DNA of 64,000 bases from Candidatus Enterousia onthequi (GCA_018064365.1 JAGHVJ010000006.1:2058-66057), one strand, 5' to 3'; shown: positions 49,445-58,907, counted from the first letter of the stretch. Made by a program: numbers and translations. The notes: generated from the letters alone by a model not told the origin.

Positions 49445-50182
49445 ATGCGTAAATATGCATTGATGATTTTGTGTGGTTTGTGTGTTGTGGCATGTGCTAA
49501 ACACGACCCAATTTTACCTGGGGTTCGCACAGACATATTTAATAACACAGATACGAAAAAAATATTAAACGAATCTGTCAATGATTTACCTGATACTGCC
49601 CCGACACGCGAAAGCCCGGAATGTAAATACACAATCGATTCGACAAATACGATTCGTGACGATGGTGGTCGTAAAATATTTGTGGGATTTGCATCTCCGA
49701 ATTCCATAGATATTGAAACAAAACCGATTTGCAATGGTGGTTATGTTTATGCTGGATTAAATACAGGAAATGTTGTAAAAATTGCACCAAAAAAACGCGA
49801 CATTGTTTGGATGACTGATGTATTCACAGAATCTAATATGATGGGCGGTGCTACAACCGTTGATATTGTTGCACCATTAGTTATGGATGGCGGATATATC
49901 TATGTTGGCGGTATGGGTGATGCATTTTGTAAAATCAATGTGAATAACGGTGATAAAAAATGGTGCACCCAGATTGGTACGCGTTTCCCGTTTATTGTGT
50001 TGAAAAATGTTGCGTATGTAATGGGGGTGGACGATATGTTATACGCGGTTCGAACATCTGATGGCGCAATATATTGGCATACAGATGTCATATCAAAACC
50101 CACAACCCCAATATATGAAAATAAAATAATTCAAATTGGGAAAAAACGATTTGATGCGCAATCTGGTTCTGAAACAAAATAA
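49445..50182 (+). CDS. bamB: BamB-like PQQ-repeat beta-propeller lipoprotein (short)
   Basis: Lipobox LCVVAC. Repeated GGYVYAG / GGYIYVGG / GAIYW beta-propeller-type motifs. Confidence 0.5.
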   Translation: MRKYALMILCGLCVVACAKHDPILPGVRTDIFNNTDTKKILNESVNDLPDTAPTRESPECKYTIDSTNTIRDDGGRKIFVGFASPNSIDIETKPICNGGYVYAGLNTGNVVKIAPKKRDIVWMTDVFTESNMMGGATTVDIVAPLVMDGGYIYVGGMGDAFCKINVNNGDKKWCTQIGTRFPFIVLKNVAYVMGVDDMLYAVRTSDGAIYWHTDVISKPTTPIYENKIIQIGKKRFDAQSGSETK

Positions 50183-50539
50183 AAAAAATCTGACATTTTT
50201 GTCAGATTTTTTTAAATATCGAAATAGGGCGTCCGGTGTTTGTATCCAAAACTTTTTTATCCCAATGGCATGTTTTACATAATTCACACATGTTTTTGCA
50301 TTCTTGTTAAAACATATTCGTTGTGGCGATTTTATACAAATAAAAACCCAACCCAGTGCGCGTAATCGTTTGATTCCTTGGGCAGAGATTGTTATATATG
50401 CAACATTGCCACAATGCGCAAATTGATGCAGAACGAATCTGTTTTTATATCGAACAATAACAGCACAATGCTTAAAATGTCGGCATACCAAACGCACAAT
50501 CGGTAAATGTGTTTTACAAGAAAAGCCAATAATAATCAT
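50093..50539 (-). CDS. Hypothetical ORF (Cys/His/Phe-rich, low confidence)
   Basis: Open for 193 codons in AT-rich DNA with no competing plus-strand ORF, but the composition is unconvincing. The start was placed after the upstream ORF. Confidence 0.25.
   Translation of the reverse strand: MIIIGFSCKTHLPIVRLVCRHFKHCAVIVRYKNRFVLHQFAHCGNVAYITISAQGIKRLRALGWVFICIKSPQRICFNKNAKTCVNYVKHAIGIKKFWIQTPDALFRYLKKSDKNVRFFLFCFRTRLRIKSFFPNLNYFIFIYWGCGF
50189..50213. terminator. Bidirectional terminator
   Basis: A-tract, then TCTGACA-TTTT-TGTCAGA, then TTTTTTT. Confidence 0.75.
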
Positions 50540-50552
50540 GAAAAAACCTTTT

Positions 50553-50897
50553 TTAATCAATCCAACCATTTTTGCGCGCAGCATTTTCAATAACTTGCAT
50601 GGCGCCGTTCCATAAATAAGCATCGTGATTTTCAGCCCAAATATATTGATGAGGTGCACGACGTTTGTCGCCAAATTTTTTCATCACTGCCAGTTGTTCT
50701 TCACTTAATCGGCCAGATAAATACAATTTTGTAATCATGGTTTCTACATCTAATAATTCGCAAATTCGACGAGTGCCCGGACGATGATGTTGCACCAATC
50801 CAGATTGAACAGATTTTGAATAAACAAACCAAAAGCACATCTGTTCCGCATTGTGAAATTTTTCCATATTGTCATGAGTATTTTGTAATGTATTCAT
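50553..50897 (-). CDS. Hypothetical small cytoplasmic protein (114 aa)
   Basis: Balanced composition, no motif recognised. Lies just downstream of virB10. Confidence 0.45.
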   Translation of the reverse strand: MNTLQNTHDNMEKFHNAEQMCFWFVYSKSVQSGLVQHHRPGTRRICELLDVETMITKLYLSGRLSEEQLAVMKKFGDKRRAPHQYIWAENHDAYLWNGAMQVIENAARKNGWID

Positions 50898-51069
50898 TTT
50901 TTTCTCCTTTGCTGGTATTTGTTTTATAAAGCAAAACAGGTGTGATTGCCAAATATTACAACCCGGGGTTGAAGTTCGAATCGAAAAATATATTGTTTAG
51001 CAATATTTTCCTAATCGTATTCGAATCGACGCACACTTTTGTTTTGCTTGTGCTTTATTTAATAAAAAA

Positions 51070-51097
51070 ACACACATCTTGCGATGTGTGTTTTTTT
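51070..51097. terminator. Bidirectional terminator after virB10
   Basis: ACACACATC-TTGC-GATGTGTGT with flanking A- and T-tracts. Confidence 0.75.
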
Positions 51098-51115
51098 ACA
51101 CTTGATTTCCACATA

Positions 51116-53596
51116 TCAATATACTTCGATTGGTGGAAAACAATCTCCGCTGCCGGCGGGGCAACATGCATACGGCGACTCAGAACCAGGTCCCATTTCC
51201 GTATAAACTTCGCCTGTGCAACAACCGTTCGCATCAGGTGACGTCCCATCTTCGCATAACAGAGTCCCAACCGTATCTGCCGCCGGTGCCGCCGGTTTTT
51301 CAAAAGGATTGACGATATTGCTGTTATCATCGTATTGCAATCCCAGAACCTGTTCGTTGTACTCTTGGGTTCCTTGGTTCAATGTTATGGCTTGTCCCTC
51401 ACTATCAACACCTTGGATACCTTGTGTTACTTTATTCTGATAATACGCATCATATTTTGCCTGGTTCACAGCCTGATAATTTTGTGCCTGGCAATACGCC
51501 AACACTGTTTTGTAATCATACCCAGATTTGCGTATCTCTTCTAATTTCCCATCATCCACGGTCCATACATCATTATCTTTCCGGGTGCAAAATTTTGATA
51601 AATTAAATCCACGTGATTGCCCCGTCCACGAAGAGTCGTCGGGGTTAACGGTTATCTCACCTTGCACATCTGACCATTTACGACGTTGTGCCTTGCCAAA
51701 TGCGTGAAATGCACATTTCTTACCCGCATTGGCACCAGCCTCGTCGTCTTCGCCACACGTCGCAACCAAATCAACCGGTGAATAAACCGTAATACGTGTT
51801 CCTGCGGCAATTGAAAATGGTGGAACGGTATTATCCAATGCATCAACTATCAATTTTTGTGCAACTTGATTCCATGCAGTAATAACCTCGTTTTTTGCCA
51901 ATTCTGATGAACGCACTTTTCCAGATTGCACAACTGTATTATTATCTAAATCAATTTGATTTACAAAAGTATCTGCAATTGGCGCAATCATATTTACCGC
52001 CGCCGGTATAACCGCCGTCAATAATGGCATAACCATTTGTTCTATGTAATCGGTACTACCATACCCCGGCACACCAACACGTCCTTGGGAATCCGCGGAA
52101 TATGGGTCTTGTTCTTTTGCGAAATTAAATTCCACACCGTCCGGACGAATAAATTGATACCAGTTTATCTCCATACGTCCAATAGACTTATATGGCCCTG
52201 GCAATTCGCCTGTCAAATACCCCATCAACAAAGTTCCTGTTGGAATAATAACTGTGCGCCCGTTATCAGAATAAACATTTCTATCTACCGTTGCACGCAC
52301 AGGAATACCTTTGCCACCCGTGCATGTTCCTCCGGCGTTTAAATTACATCCATATACAGACGGATCTGCACGAACATCAGATACAATTGTTGCCGGAATT
52401 GGTTTGAATTGACGTAATATAAATGTTCTATCATACGGCATACTGGAATACACAGATTCGTCATCCAAAGATGAACCTATCAATGCCTCTTTTTTTAATT
52501 CGTTTTTTGCAAAATTCAAAACCCCAGAACCTTCTTGTGGTTGCATTGTTTTTCTCAAATTTCCCATACCCTTTGGTACATAATTTCCCGATGTCGCAGG
52601 TGCGGCTACGCGTGTAGATTTTGAACGTAATTGAGGAACCGTATTAGTATTCACTGTTCCACTACGATGGTCGGCATCTGTCCCAATCTTTTTACGACCT
52701 TCGATACTGGTTATAATCCCTGTATCAGGATTATAAATACCGGTTGGACTATTACATTCTACGTCTGAAAAAGGATGAAATTCATAACGTCCAGCCTTTG
52801 GTTTTATCCAACCAATTTGTTCGCCCGACATATCATATCCCGGCATTGCAAAATCAGAACATTTTTCTGGTGCTTTACGACGTGGTGTTATTTCTTCTGT
52901 TGCGCCAAATATATTTCTATTACCACCAACAATCGGTTCAGGTTCTTCAAAATCATCTTCTTCATCAATCAAAAAATCATCTTCTGGAACGATTGGTTCT
53001 GGTTCCGAAATTGGTGCCGAAACCGGCTCTGGCTTTACAACTGGTTTTTGTTCTGGTTCTGGTTCTGGTTCTGCAACGCCACCTGTTGCACTAACAGGAA
53101 TAACGATTTTTGATGTTTTTAAATTAGTATTTTCCGTATCGTTTTTATCGTGCCATTCAACCAATAATGTTACGTTCCCAGAAACATTGCTATCGCCCGG
53201 AATAAATGTCACATCCACAGAACAAGGAATGTCTTTATTCACTGGTTTATTTGCACATCCAAATGTATTCGCAGAAAAACCAGATACAGAATCTTGTACA
53301 CTGACAGAATCAACAATCGCGTCATGTGTAGCATTGATTTTGAATTTTTGTGTTTGTTTTTGTCCAATCTTGGTATTAGAAAAATCAACATTTTCTGGCG
53401 ATATCACCAAATCAATATCGTAATCAGTTCCAACAACAGGCGCAGCCTTTTTTTTAGGTTGTCCAATCAACAAGAACAACAATATCAAAACGACAACAAA
53501 CGCCGCCACCAACAACAACCAACGAACTACGGGTGGCGTCGTATTAAATGCTTCTTGTATTTTTGTTTTTATTTTATCTTTCAGTGTATTTGCCAT
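51116..53596 (-). CDS. virB10: Type IV secretion system VirB10 (826 aa), with an N-terminal extra domain, a Pro-rich linker and a ~200-aa Cys-rich C-terminal extension
   Basis: N-terminal TM, PEPEPEQKPVVKPEP, and a TrbI/VirB10 barrel region (..RTFILRQFKPIPATIVSDV..VIIPTGTLLMGY..RMEINWYQFIRPDGVEF..GYGSTDYIE..). Confidence 0.8.
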   Translation of the reverse strand: MANTLKDKIKTKIQEAFNTTPPVVRWLLLVAAFVVVLILLFLLIGQPKKKAAPVVGTDYDIDLVISPENVDFSNTKIGQKQTQKFKINATHDAIVDSVSVQDSVSGFSANTFGCANKPVNKDIPCSVDVTFIPGDSNVSGNVTLLVEWHDKNDTENTNLKTSKIVIPVSATGGVAEPEPEPEQKPVVKPEPVSAPISEPEPIVPEDDFLIDEEDDFEEPEPIVGGNRNIFGATEEITPRRKAPEKCSDFAMPGYDMSGEQIGWIKPKAGRYEFHPFSDVECNSPTGIYNPDTGIITSIEGRKKIGTDADHRSGTVNTNTVPQLRSKSTRVAAPATSGNYVPKGMGNLRKTMQPQEGSGVLNFAKNELKKEALIGSSLDDESVYSSMPYDRTFILRQFKPIPATIVSDVRADPSVYGCNLNAGGTCTGGKGIPVRATVDRNVYSDNGRTVIIPTGTLLMGYLTGELPGPYKSIGRMEINWYQFIRPDGVEFNFAKEQDPYSADSQGRVGVPGYGSTDYIEQMVMPLLTAVIPAAVNMIAPIADTFVNQIDLDNNTVVQSGKVRSSELAKNEVITAWNQVAQKLIVDALDNTVPPFSIAAGTRITVYSPVDLVATCGEDDEAGANAGKKCAFHAFGKAQRRKWSDVQGEITVNPDDSSWTGQSRGFNLSKFCTRKDNDVWTVDDGKLEEIRKSGYDYKTVLAYCQAQNYQAVNQAKYDAYYQNKVTQGIQGVDSEGQAITLNQGTQEYNEQVLGLQYDDNSNIVNPFEKPAAPAADTVGTLLCEDGTSPDANGCCTGEVYTEMGPGSESPYACCPAGSGDCFPPIEVY

Positions 53597-53631
53597 AATT
53601 ATCTATCCATTTGTTATAACAAATTGCAATA

Positions 53632-55149
53632 TTATTGAATTCTAACCACGCGACATCCTGATACTTGGAATTTCATCAGTTTATCGCACAGTGTTTGAGC
53701 AGTGTCAATATCTTCCAATGGGCCAATGCGCAAGCGATACATCGTTGCACTGGATACACCAGAACCCAAATCACCAACGCCTTCGGTATCAATTGCAAAG
53801 AATACTTTATTTTGATATGGGGTTAAAATTCCAGCACCACCATCACCGCTGAATTTTACCAATAAATCGTTCCAATATTCTTCCAAAGCCTTGGGCGATT
53901 TATCAGAAGCAAACTCAACTGCAACACCAGATACACTAGATTTTATCAAAGGAATGTTTGATTGCGGTAAATATGCCCCCGCGGTTTCACGTGCTGTTGG
54001 AATCATTGTCGCACCCCCAGATACAGCCCCAGTCATCGCCGGCACATTATTGTATCCAGATTGCATATATGTCTCTGCACCCATCGGGGATACAGCGTTT
54101 GGCATATACATTGGTGTTGCGTTGTAATCCATTGGCGCACCATACATTGCAGCACTATTTGCGTCATATGCAATATTATTCAAAGATTGCCCAGACATCA
54201 TGCTTTGTGCAACATTTGCCTCGGCTAATGCCATAACAGAAGCCGTGTCTGCAATCAAGAACGGTTTTTCACGTTTTTTGATACAAACAATTCTTTGACC
54301 ACTGCGCAACACCATATCGCCAACCGCCTCGACAATCAACAGTCTCCCGTCTTGACCATCTGTCCGGAATCCAACTGGGGATTCGCCGCCTTCTATCAAT
54401 AATGATACAACAGGACGTTGAGTCATAGCGATAACCTTGTCCCCAAAATCAATGTATGTAAATATTTTATCGCGCCACACACGTTCTGGTGCAATAACAT
54501 AGTCATCTGGGTTTGGAACAAAAATATCCAAATCAAATCTGAATTCAGACGGGTCGATTTTCATAGATTTAATCCACGCATAATCTTCGCCATCTACACC
54601 AATAGTATTGGCTGTGGATGCAGGCTTTCTGAATATAGAATTCATACCACCAGATGTGTGCTGTGTTGTTGCCCCATTGGTTGCAATAGATGTCCCGTCA
54701 TCTAAAACAACATCTACTTGGGAATAAGAAATTTCGTCTGTATCAATCCCTTGGGGATTAGATAAATAGAATATATATTTGTTCCCTGATTGCCCCGTCA
54801 CAATCATATTTGTATCACTGGCGGCCCCATTTTCAGACATTGGTGTGACATAAAAAGTGCGATCGCCTTGGGTTGCCTCTATTTGATATAAAGACTGATC
54901 ACCAACCACCGCGTCGGCAATTTGTTCGCCGTTTGGCAGTGTGACCATCGTGACCATACCCATACGCAATTTTAATGGTAATACAGTTCCTTTGGACCAT
55001 GCCAATTGTGCGTACCCAGGTTTGGTACTGCCCACCGCCATATTCGCAGACGGATTTTCCCATGCTTTCTGTACTTCTGCATATGTAGTGCCAATCGACA
55101 TTAAAACCAACAAAGACACCAAACAGTTGATTTTCAAAAATTTTAACAT
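53632..55149 (-). CDS. virB9: Type IV secretion system VirB9 (505 aa), with a C-terminal low-complexity linker and a SPOR-like domain
   Basis: Signal peptide. VirB9/TrbG N- and C-domains (..IFTYIDFGDKV..RLLIVEAVGDMVLRSGQ). Tail ..YRLRIGPLEDIDTAQTLCDKLMKFQVSGCRVVRI. Confidence 0.75.
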   Translation of the reverse strand: MLKFLKINCLVSLLVLMSIGTTYAEVQKAWENPSANMAVGSTKPGYAQLAWSKGTVLPLKLRMGMVTMVTLPNGEQIADAVVGDQSLYQIEATQGDRTFYVTPMSENGAASDTNMIVTGQSGNKYIFYLSNPQGIDTDEISYSQVDVVLDDGTSIATNGATTQHTSGGMNSIFRKPASTANTIGVDGEDYAWIKSMKIDPSEFRFDLDIFVPNPDDYVIAPERVWRDKIFTYIDFGDKVIAMTQRPVVSLLIEGGESPVGFRTDGQDGRLLIVEAVGDMVLRSGQRIVCIKKREKPFLIADTASVMALAEANVAQSMMSGQSLNNIAYDANSAAMYGAPMDYNATPMYMPNAVSPMGAETYMQSGYNNVPAMTGAVSGGATMIPTARETAGAYLPQSNIPLIKSSVSGVAVEFASDKSPKALEEYWNDLLVKFSGDGGAGILTPYQNKVFFAIDTEGVGDLGSGVSSATMYRLRIGPLEDIDTAQTLCDKLMKFQVSGCRVVRIQ

Positions 55150-55173
55150 TGCATCCTTCCTTTTTTTACTTTT

Positions 55174-55947
55174 TTAATTTTCTTCTGCTTGACGAGTCCA
55201 ATTTAACGGGTCGTTTTGCTCTAAATCTAAAATATTGCCACCAGAATCGATAACATTATAATCACTGATTCGGAATCCCAATGGGTTTTCCATGCTTTCT
55301 GCCCATCGAACCGCATTTTTGGCATTAGATTCTAATTTTACACGCAATTTGTACGGCTTGCGATATTCCATATCGCCCAATGGCCCATATACGCAAATAT
55401 AAGTAAATGTCACATCGTAAGTGTCTGTGCTGTTCGTGACCGGGACCACAGAAAGTGTGGACGGATATTCAACAGAACACCGGATATCAAACGCTTCGTC
55501 TAAATCTTGACGAATAATATTTACCATATCTGTCATAACAAATTTTCCAAAAACCGAATCTGTTGAACGGGTTTTTACAACGCCAGTATCGTTATGCGCC
55601 CATTTTGCCCGCATTACCGCTAAATCAGGTACAATTTCATTCCGCGCAAGCACATATTCACGAATAAATTGCTTTTTATAGACATCTAAATCCATATCTG
55701 TCGGCATTTCGGTCAGTGTTAATTCTTTATCGCGTATATTTGTTGTGGTCAAGAAAAACACCTGGGGACGATTAAGAGGGAACATTTTTGCCAATGTAAA
55801 AACCAAAACCCCCAGCACAACCACAGCCGTTGCCAAAACAAAGGTCATCAGTCTGGATATTAAAATTGGCGGTTCTACGCGGTCTTGCAAAGGTTTTCTC
55901 CTCCCTTTTATTAAATGATTGTAGACAAAAGAATAACACATACGCAA
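55174..55947 (-). CDS. virB8: Type IV secretion system VirB8
   Basis: Cytoplasmic N-terminus, TM, NTF2-like domain. FIREYVLARNE and C-terminal NPLGFRISDYNV match VirB8 ..YVTARESY.. / NPLGFQVTSY. Confidence 0.8.
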   Translation of the reverse strand: MRMCYSFVYNHLIKGRRKPLQDRVEPPILISRLMTFVLATAVVVLGVLVFTLAKMFPLNRPQVFFLTTTNIRDKELTLTEMPTDMDLDVYKKQFIREYVLARNEIVPDLAVMRAKWAHNDTGVVKTRSTDSVFGKFVMTDMVNIIRQDLDEAFDIRCSVEYPSTLSVVPVTNSTDTYDVTFTYICVYGPLGDMEYRKPYKLRVKLESNAKNAVRWAESMENPLGFRISDYNVIDSGGNILDLEQNDPLNWTRQAEEN

Positions 55948-56112
55948 GCAAAAAATACATGAGCAAACGGTAAAAAATTACAAATGTCTTTTATGTTTTT
56001 CGCTTGCGTTAAAATAATTAAAATTATATAATATTTTCACTTGATTTTTGCTTTGTGTGTGCTAGCCTAAGCAAGAATATCGGTTATATCGTGCGCAACA
56101 GGTTGAATCCAA

Positions 56113-56186
56113 AGGGGCTTAGTTCAACGGTAGAATATCGGTCTCCAAAACCGCGGATGAGGGTTCGATTCCTTCAGCCCCTGCCA
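56113..56186 (+). tRNA. trnW: tRNA-Trp (anticodon CCA)
   Basis: AGGGGCT..CT-CCA-AA anticodon loop..GGTTCGATTCC..AGCCCCTGCCA cloverleaf. Canonical position upstream of secE. Confidence 0.85.
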
Positions 56187-56252
56187 CAGTTTCTGGTGCT
56201 TGACCTGATGATATATCTGATAAAGTCTGGACAAAAAACAAGTGGATGCTTT

Positions 56253-56432
56253 ATGAAAAAAGTATTTGATTATATAAAATCTGTACGCGCAGAGTGGTTT
56301 AAAATTGTATGGCCGTCGCGTGATACTGTTGTTCGTTCAACCATAATGATTTTGATTTTTTCAGGATTGGCGGCGCTGTTTTTCTTTGTTGTCGATACTA
56401 TTCTGAATGCACTTGTAAACTGGATTTTCTAA
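56253..56432 (+). CDS. secE: Preprotein translocase subunit SecE
   Basis: 59 aa with a single C-terminal TM, upstream of nusG. Confidence 0.85.
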   Translation: MKKVFDYIKSVRAEWFKIVWPSRDTVVRSTIMILIFSGLAALFFFVVDTILNALVNWIF

Positions 56433-56459
56433 AATTAAAACACCAAAGGGGTATATAAA

Positions 56460-56993
56460 ATGGAAGAAAAAATGCAGTGGTTTGTTGTAAATGTTCATAC
56501 TGGATGCGAAGACAAGGTTGCTCGCCAATTGCGTGAACAAATTGATAAACGTCGCTTGAATGCATATTTTGGTGAAATTTTGGTCCCCGTGCGCGAGGTT
56601 GCGGAAATCAAGGGTGGAAAACGCGTTGTTTCCGAGAAAAAGTTTTTCCCAGGATATATTGTTGTTCAAATGGTTTTGAATAACGAAACTTTTTCATTGA
56701 TTAAATTGATGCCGTTGGTTGTTATGTTCTTGGGCGCAAAAAACAAACCAATCCCGGTCAGCGAAGAAGAAGCGCGTCGTTTGTTGAAACAGGTCGAAGA
56801 AGGTTCACAAGTTCCAGAAGATATTGTTTATGAAATAGGCCAAGAGGTTCATGTTATTGATGGTCCGTTCGCTGGTTTCAATGGTGTTATTTCTGATGTT
56901 GATAATGTGAAACAGAAAATGAATGTGACTGTATTGGTATTTGGTCGTGAAACTGGTATGGAATTAGATTTTAACCAGGTCGAAAGAGTTTAG
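56460..56993 (+). CDS. nusG: Transcription termination/antitermination factor NusG
   Basis: WFVVNVHTGCE (NGN domain) and C-terminal KOW GQEVHVIDGPFAGFNGVI. Confidence 0.95.
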   Translation: MEEKMQWFVVNVHTGCEDKVARQLREQIDKRRLNAYFGEILVPVREVAEIKGGKRVVSEKKFFPGYIVVQMVLNNETFSLIKLMPLVVMFLGAKNKPIPVSEEEARRLLKQVEEGSQVPEDIVYEIGQEVHVIDGPFAGFNGVISDVDNVKQKMNVTVLVFGRETGMELDFNQVERV

Positions 56994-57095
56994 TTTGGGT
57001 GTTCCAAACTGAAAAACGCGGGAAACCGCAATAAAACTGTGGCAGATAGCCATATCGTACCACAGAGATTACTTAACAAAAAGAGGTAAAATAAA

Positions 57096-57527
57096 ATGGC
57101 AAAAAAAGAAGTCAAAGGGATAGTTAAACTGGTTGTCCCTGCAAAACAAGCGAATCCAGCGCCTCCGATTGGACCGGCATTGGGTGCGGCGGGTGTGAAT
57201 ATCGCCGAATTCTGTAAACAATTTAATGACAAAACAGCAGATAAAAAACCTGGAATGCCAATTCCATGTATAATTACTGTTTATACAGACCGCAGTTTCG
57301 AATTCATTATGAAATTGCCACCTGTGTCATATTTGATAAAAGAGGCTTTAAAGGCAAAAATTGGTTCTCATAAACCAGGTCGTGAATTTATCGGTACATT
57401 GAATAAATCACAAATCAAAGAAATTGCTGAATTTAAAATGCCTGATTTGAATTGCTCTACCATTGAATCTGCTATGAATATTGTTGCGGGTCAATGCCGT
57501 TCTATGGGCGTCAAGGTGGAGGATTAA
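57096..57527 (+). CDS. rplK: 50S ribosomal protein L11
   Basis: VKLVVPAKQANPAPPIGPALG. Confidence 0.95.
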   Translation: MAKKEVKGIVKLVVPAKQANPAPPIGPALGAAGVNIAEFCKQFNDKTADKKPGMPIPCIITVYTDRSFEFIMKLPPVSYLIKEALKAKIGSHKPGREFIGTLNKSQIKEIAEFKMPDLNCSTIESAMNIVAGQCRSMGVKVED

Positions 57528-57529
57528 TC

Positions 57530-58204
57530 ATGAAACAGACAAAAAGACAAAAAGTATTATCCGCATTGGATAAAGAAAAAATTTATGCAATTGCTGATGC
57601 GATTGACGCTTTGCGTCCATATTGTTCATCTAAATTTGATGAAACATTGGAAATCGCTGTGCGTTTGGGTGTCGATGTAACCAAAAACGATCAAAATATC
57701 CGTGGTATGTTGTCTTTGCCAAATGGTACTGGTAAAACTGTCCGTGTTGCTGTGTTCACAGAAAACAGCCAAGACGAGGCAAAAAAAGCCGGTGCTGATG
57801 TTATTGGTGGCGAAGATTTGATTGCACGCGTTGCCGAAGGTAATGTGGATTTTGATCGTGTTATTGCAACACCTGATATGATGCCAAAAATGTCGCGCGT
57901 TGCACGTGTTTTGGGACCAAAAGGTTTGATGCCGAATCCAAAATTGGGTACGGTCACAACCAATGTAGCCGAGGCTGTGAAAGTTGCCAAGGCTGGTCAG
58001 ATTGAATACCGTGCAGATAAAAGTGGTATTATCCACGCGGGCATTGGTAAAATGTCTTTTGCAACAGATAAATTGGTTGAAAATGCAAATGCATTGATTG
58101 ATCAATTGAAAAAAGTTAAACCTGCATCGTCCAAGGGGCAATACATCTTGGGATGCAGTGTCGCAACAACCCAAGGCGCAGGCTTAAAGGTTGAAGCAAA
58201 ATAA
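57530..58204 (+). CDS. rplA: 50S ribosomal protein L1
   Basis: MKQTKRQK..; the start was moved to the in-frame M after the rplK stop. Confidence 0.95.
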   Translation: MKQTKRQKVLSALDKEKIYAIADAIDALRPYCSSKFDETLEIAVRLGVDVTKNDQNIRGMLSLPNGTGKTVRVAVFTENSQDEAKKAGADVIGGEDLIARVAEGNVDFDRVIATPDMMPKMSRVARVLGPKGLMPNPKLGTVTTNVAEAVKVAKAGQIEYRADKSGIIHAGIGKMSFATDKLVENANALIDQLKKVKPASSKGQYILGCSVATTQGAGLKVEAK

Positions 58205-58400
58205 AAATTCGGGTTCGTGTGTGCGAAATCTAAACTTTGCACATACGGACTTTGAAAAAGATTTCTGTCCAAGACTGATGGTGTGCAATCGCACTTAATT
58301 CCCATCATAGACAAAGAAAATTCTTTGGGGCAGAAAATATAGGCCCCACCCATGCGTGCATGGATGGAAATGTTAAACAAAATGAAGTAAGGGTATATAG

Positions 58401-58880
58401 ATGAGACGCGAAGAAAAATCAGATTTGATTTCAGCGTTGCAGTCGTCCTTGAAATCTGCAAACGGTGTTTTCGTTGTTGAAAACCATGGTTTGACAGTAC
58501 GCGAAATGGAAACATTGCGCAGTGAATTGCGCCCATTGGTGTCATTGTTCAAAGTTGTTAAAAACCGTTTGATGAAGTTGGCTTTGGCCGACACAGATTT
58601 CGCACCTGTATCCGACATGATGAAACGCCCAACTGCGGTTGCGATTGCAACAGATGCGTTGGCGGTTACCAAAGTTTTGGCCAAATTTGCTGATGAACAT
58701 CCGAATTTGACAATCGTTGGTGGAAAAATGGATGCGGATGTATTGGGTGTGAACGACATTGTGCAATTATCCAAGCTTCCTTCCCTGTTGGAAATCCGCG
58801 GCACTATTGCGCGTATTTTGGTCGAACCTGCATCGCGCTTGGCACGTGTTTCCGCAGAGTATGGAAAAAAAGAAAATTAA
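58401..58880 (+). CDS. rplJ: 50S ribosomal protein L10
   Basis: Position and length; the conserved N-terminus is typical. Confidence 0.9.
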   Translation: MRREEKSDLISALQSSLKSANGVFVVENHGLTVREMETLRSELRPLVSLFKVVKNRLMKLALADTDFAPVSDMMKRPTAVAIATDALAVTKVLAKFADEHPNLTIVGGKMDADVLGVNDIVQLSKLPSLLEIRGTIARILVEPASRLARVSAEYGKKEN

Positions 58881-58907
58881 ATTAAAACTCAAGTAAGGAG
58901 TAAAAAA

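Noticed and set aside
50942-51241. 99-aa plus-strand ORF overlapping the virB10 3' end
   Set aside because: It overlaps the virB10 coding sequence and its terminator. Composition is poor.
56055-56252. ORF-track extension of secE running through tRNA-Trp
   Set aside because: The frame overlaps the tRNA. The real SecE is the 59-aa protein starting at 56253.
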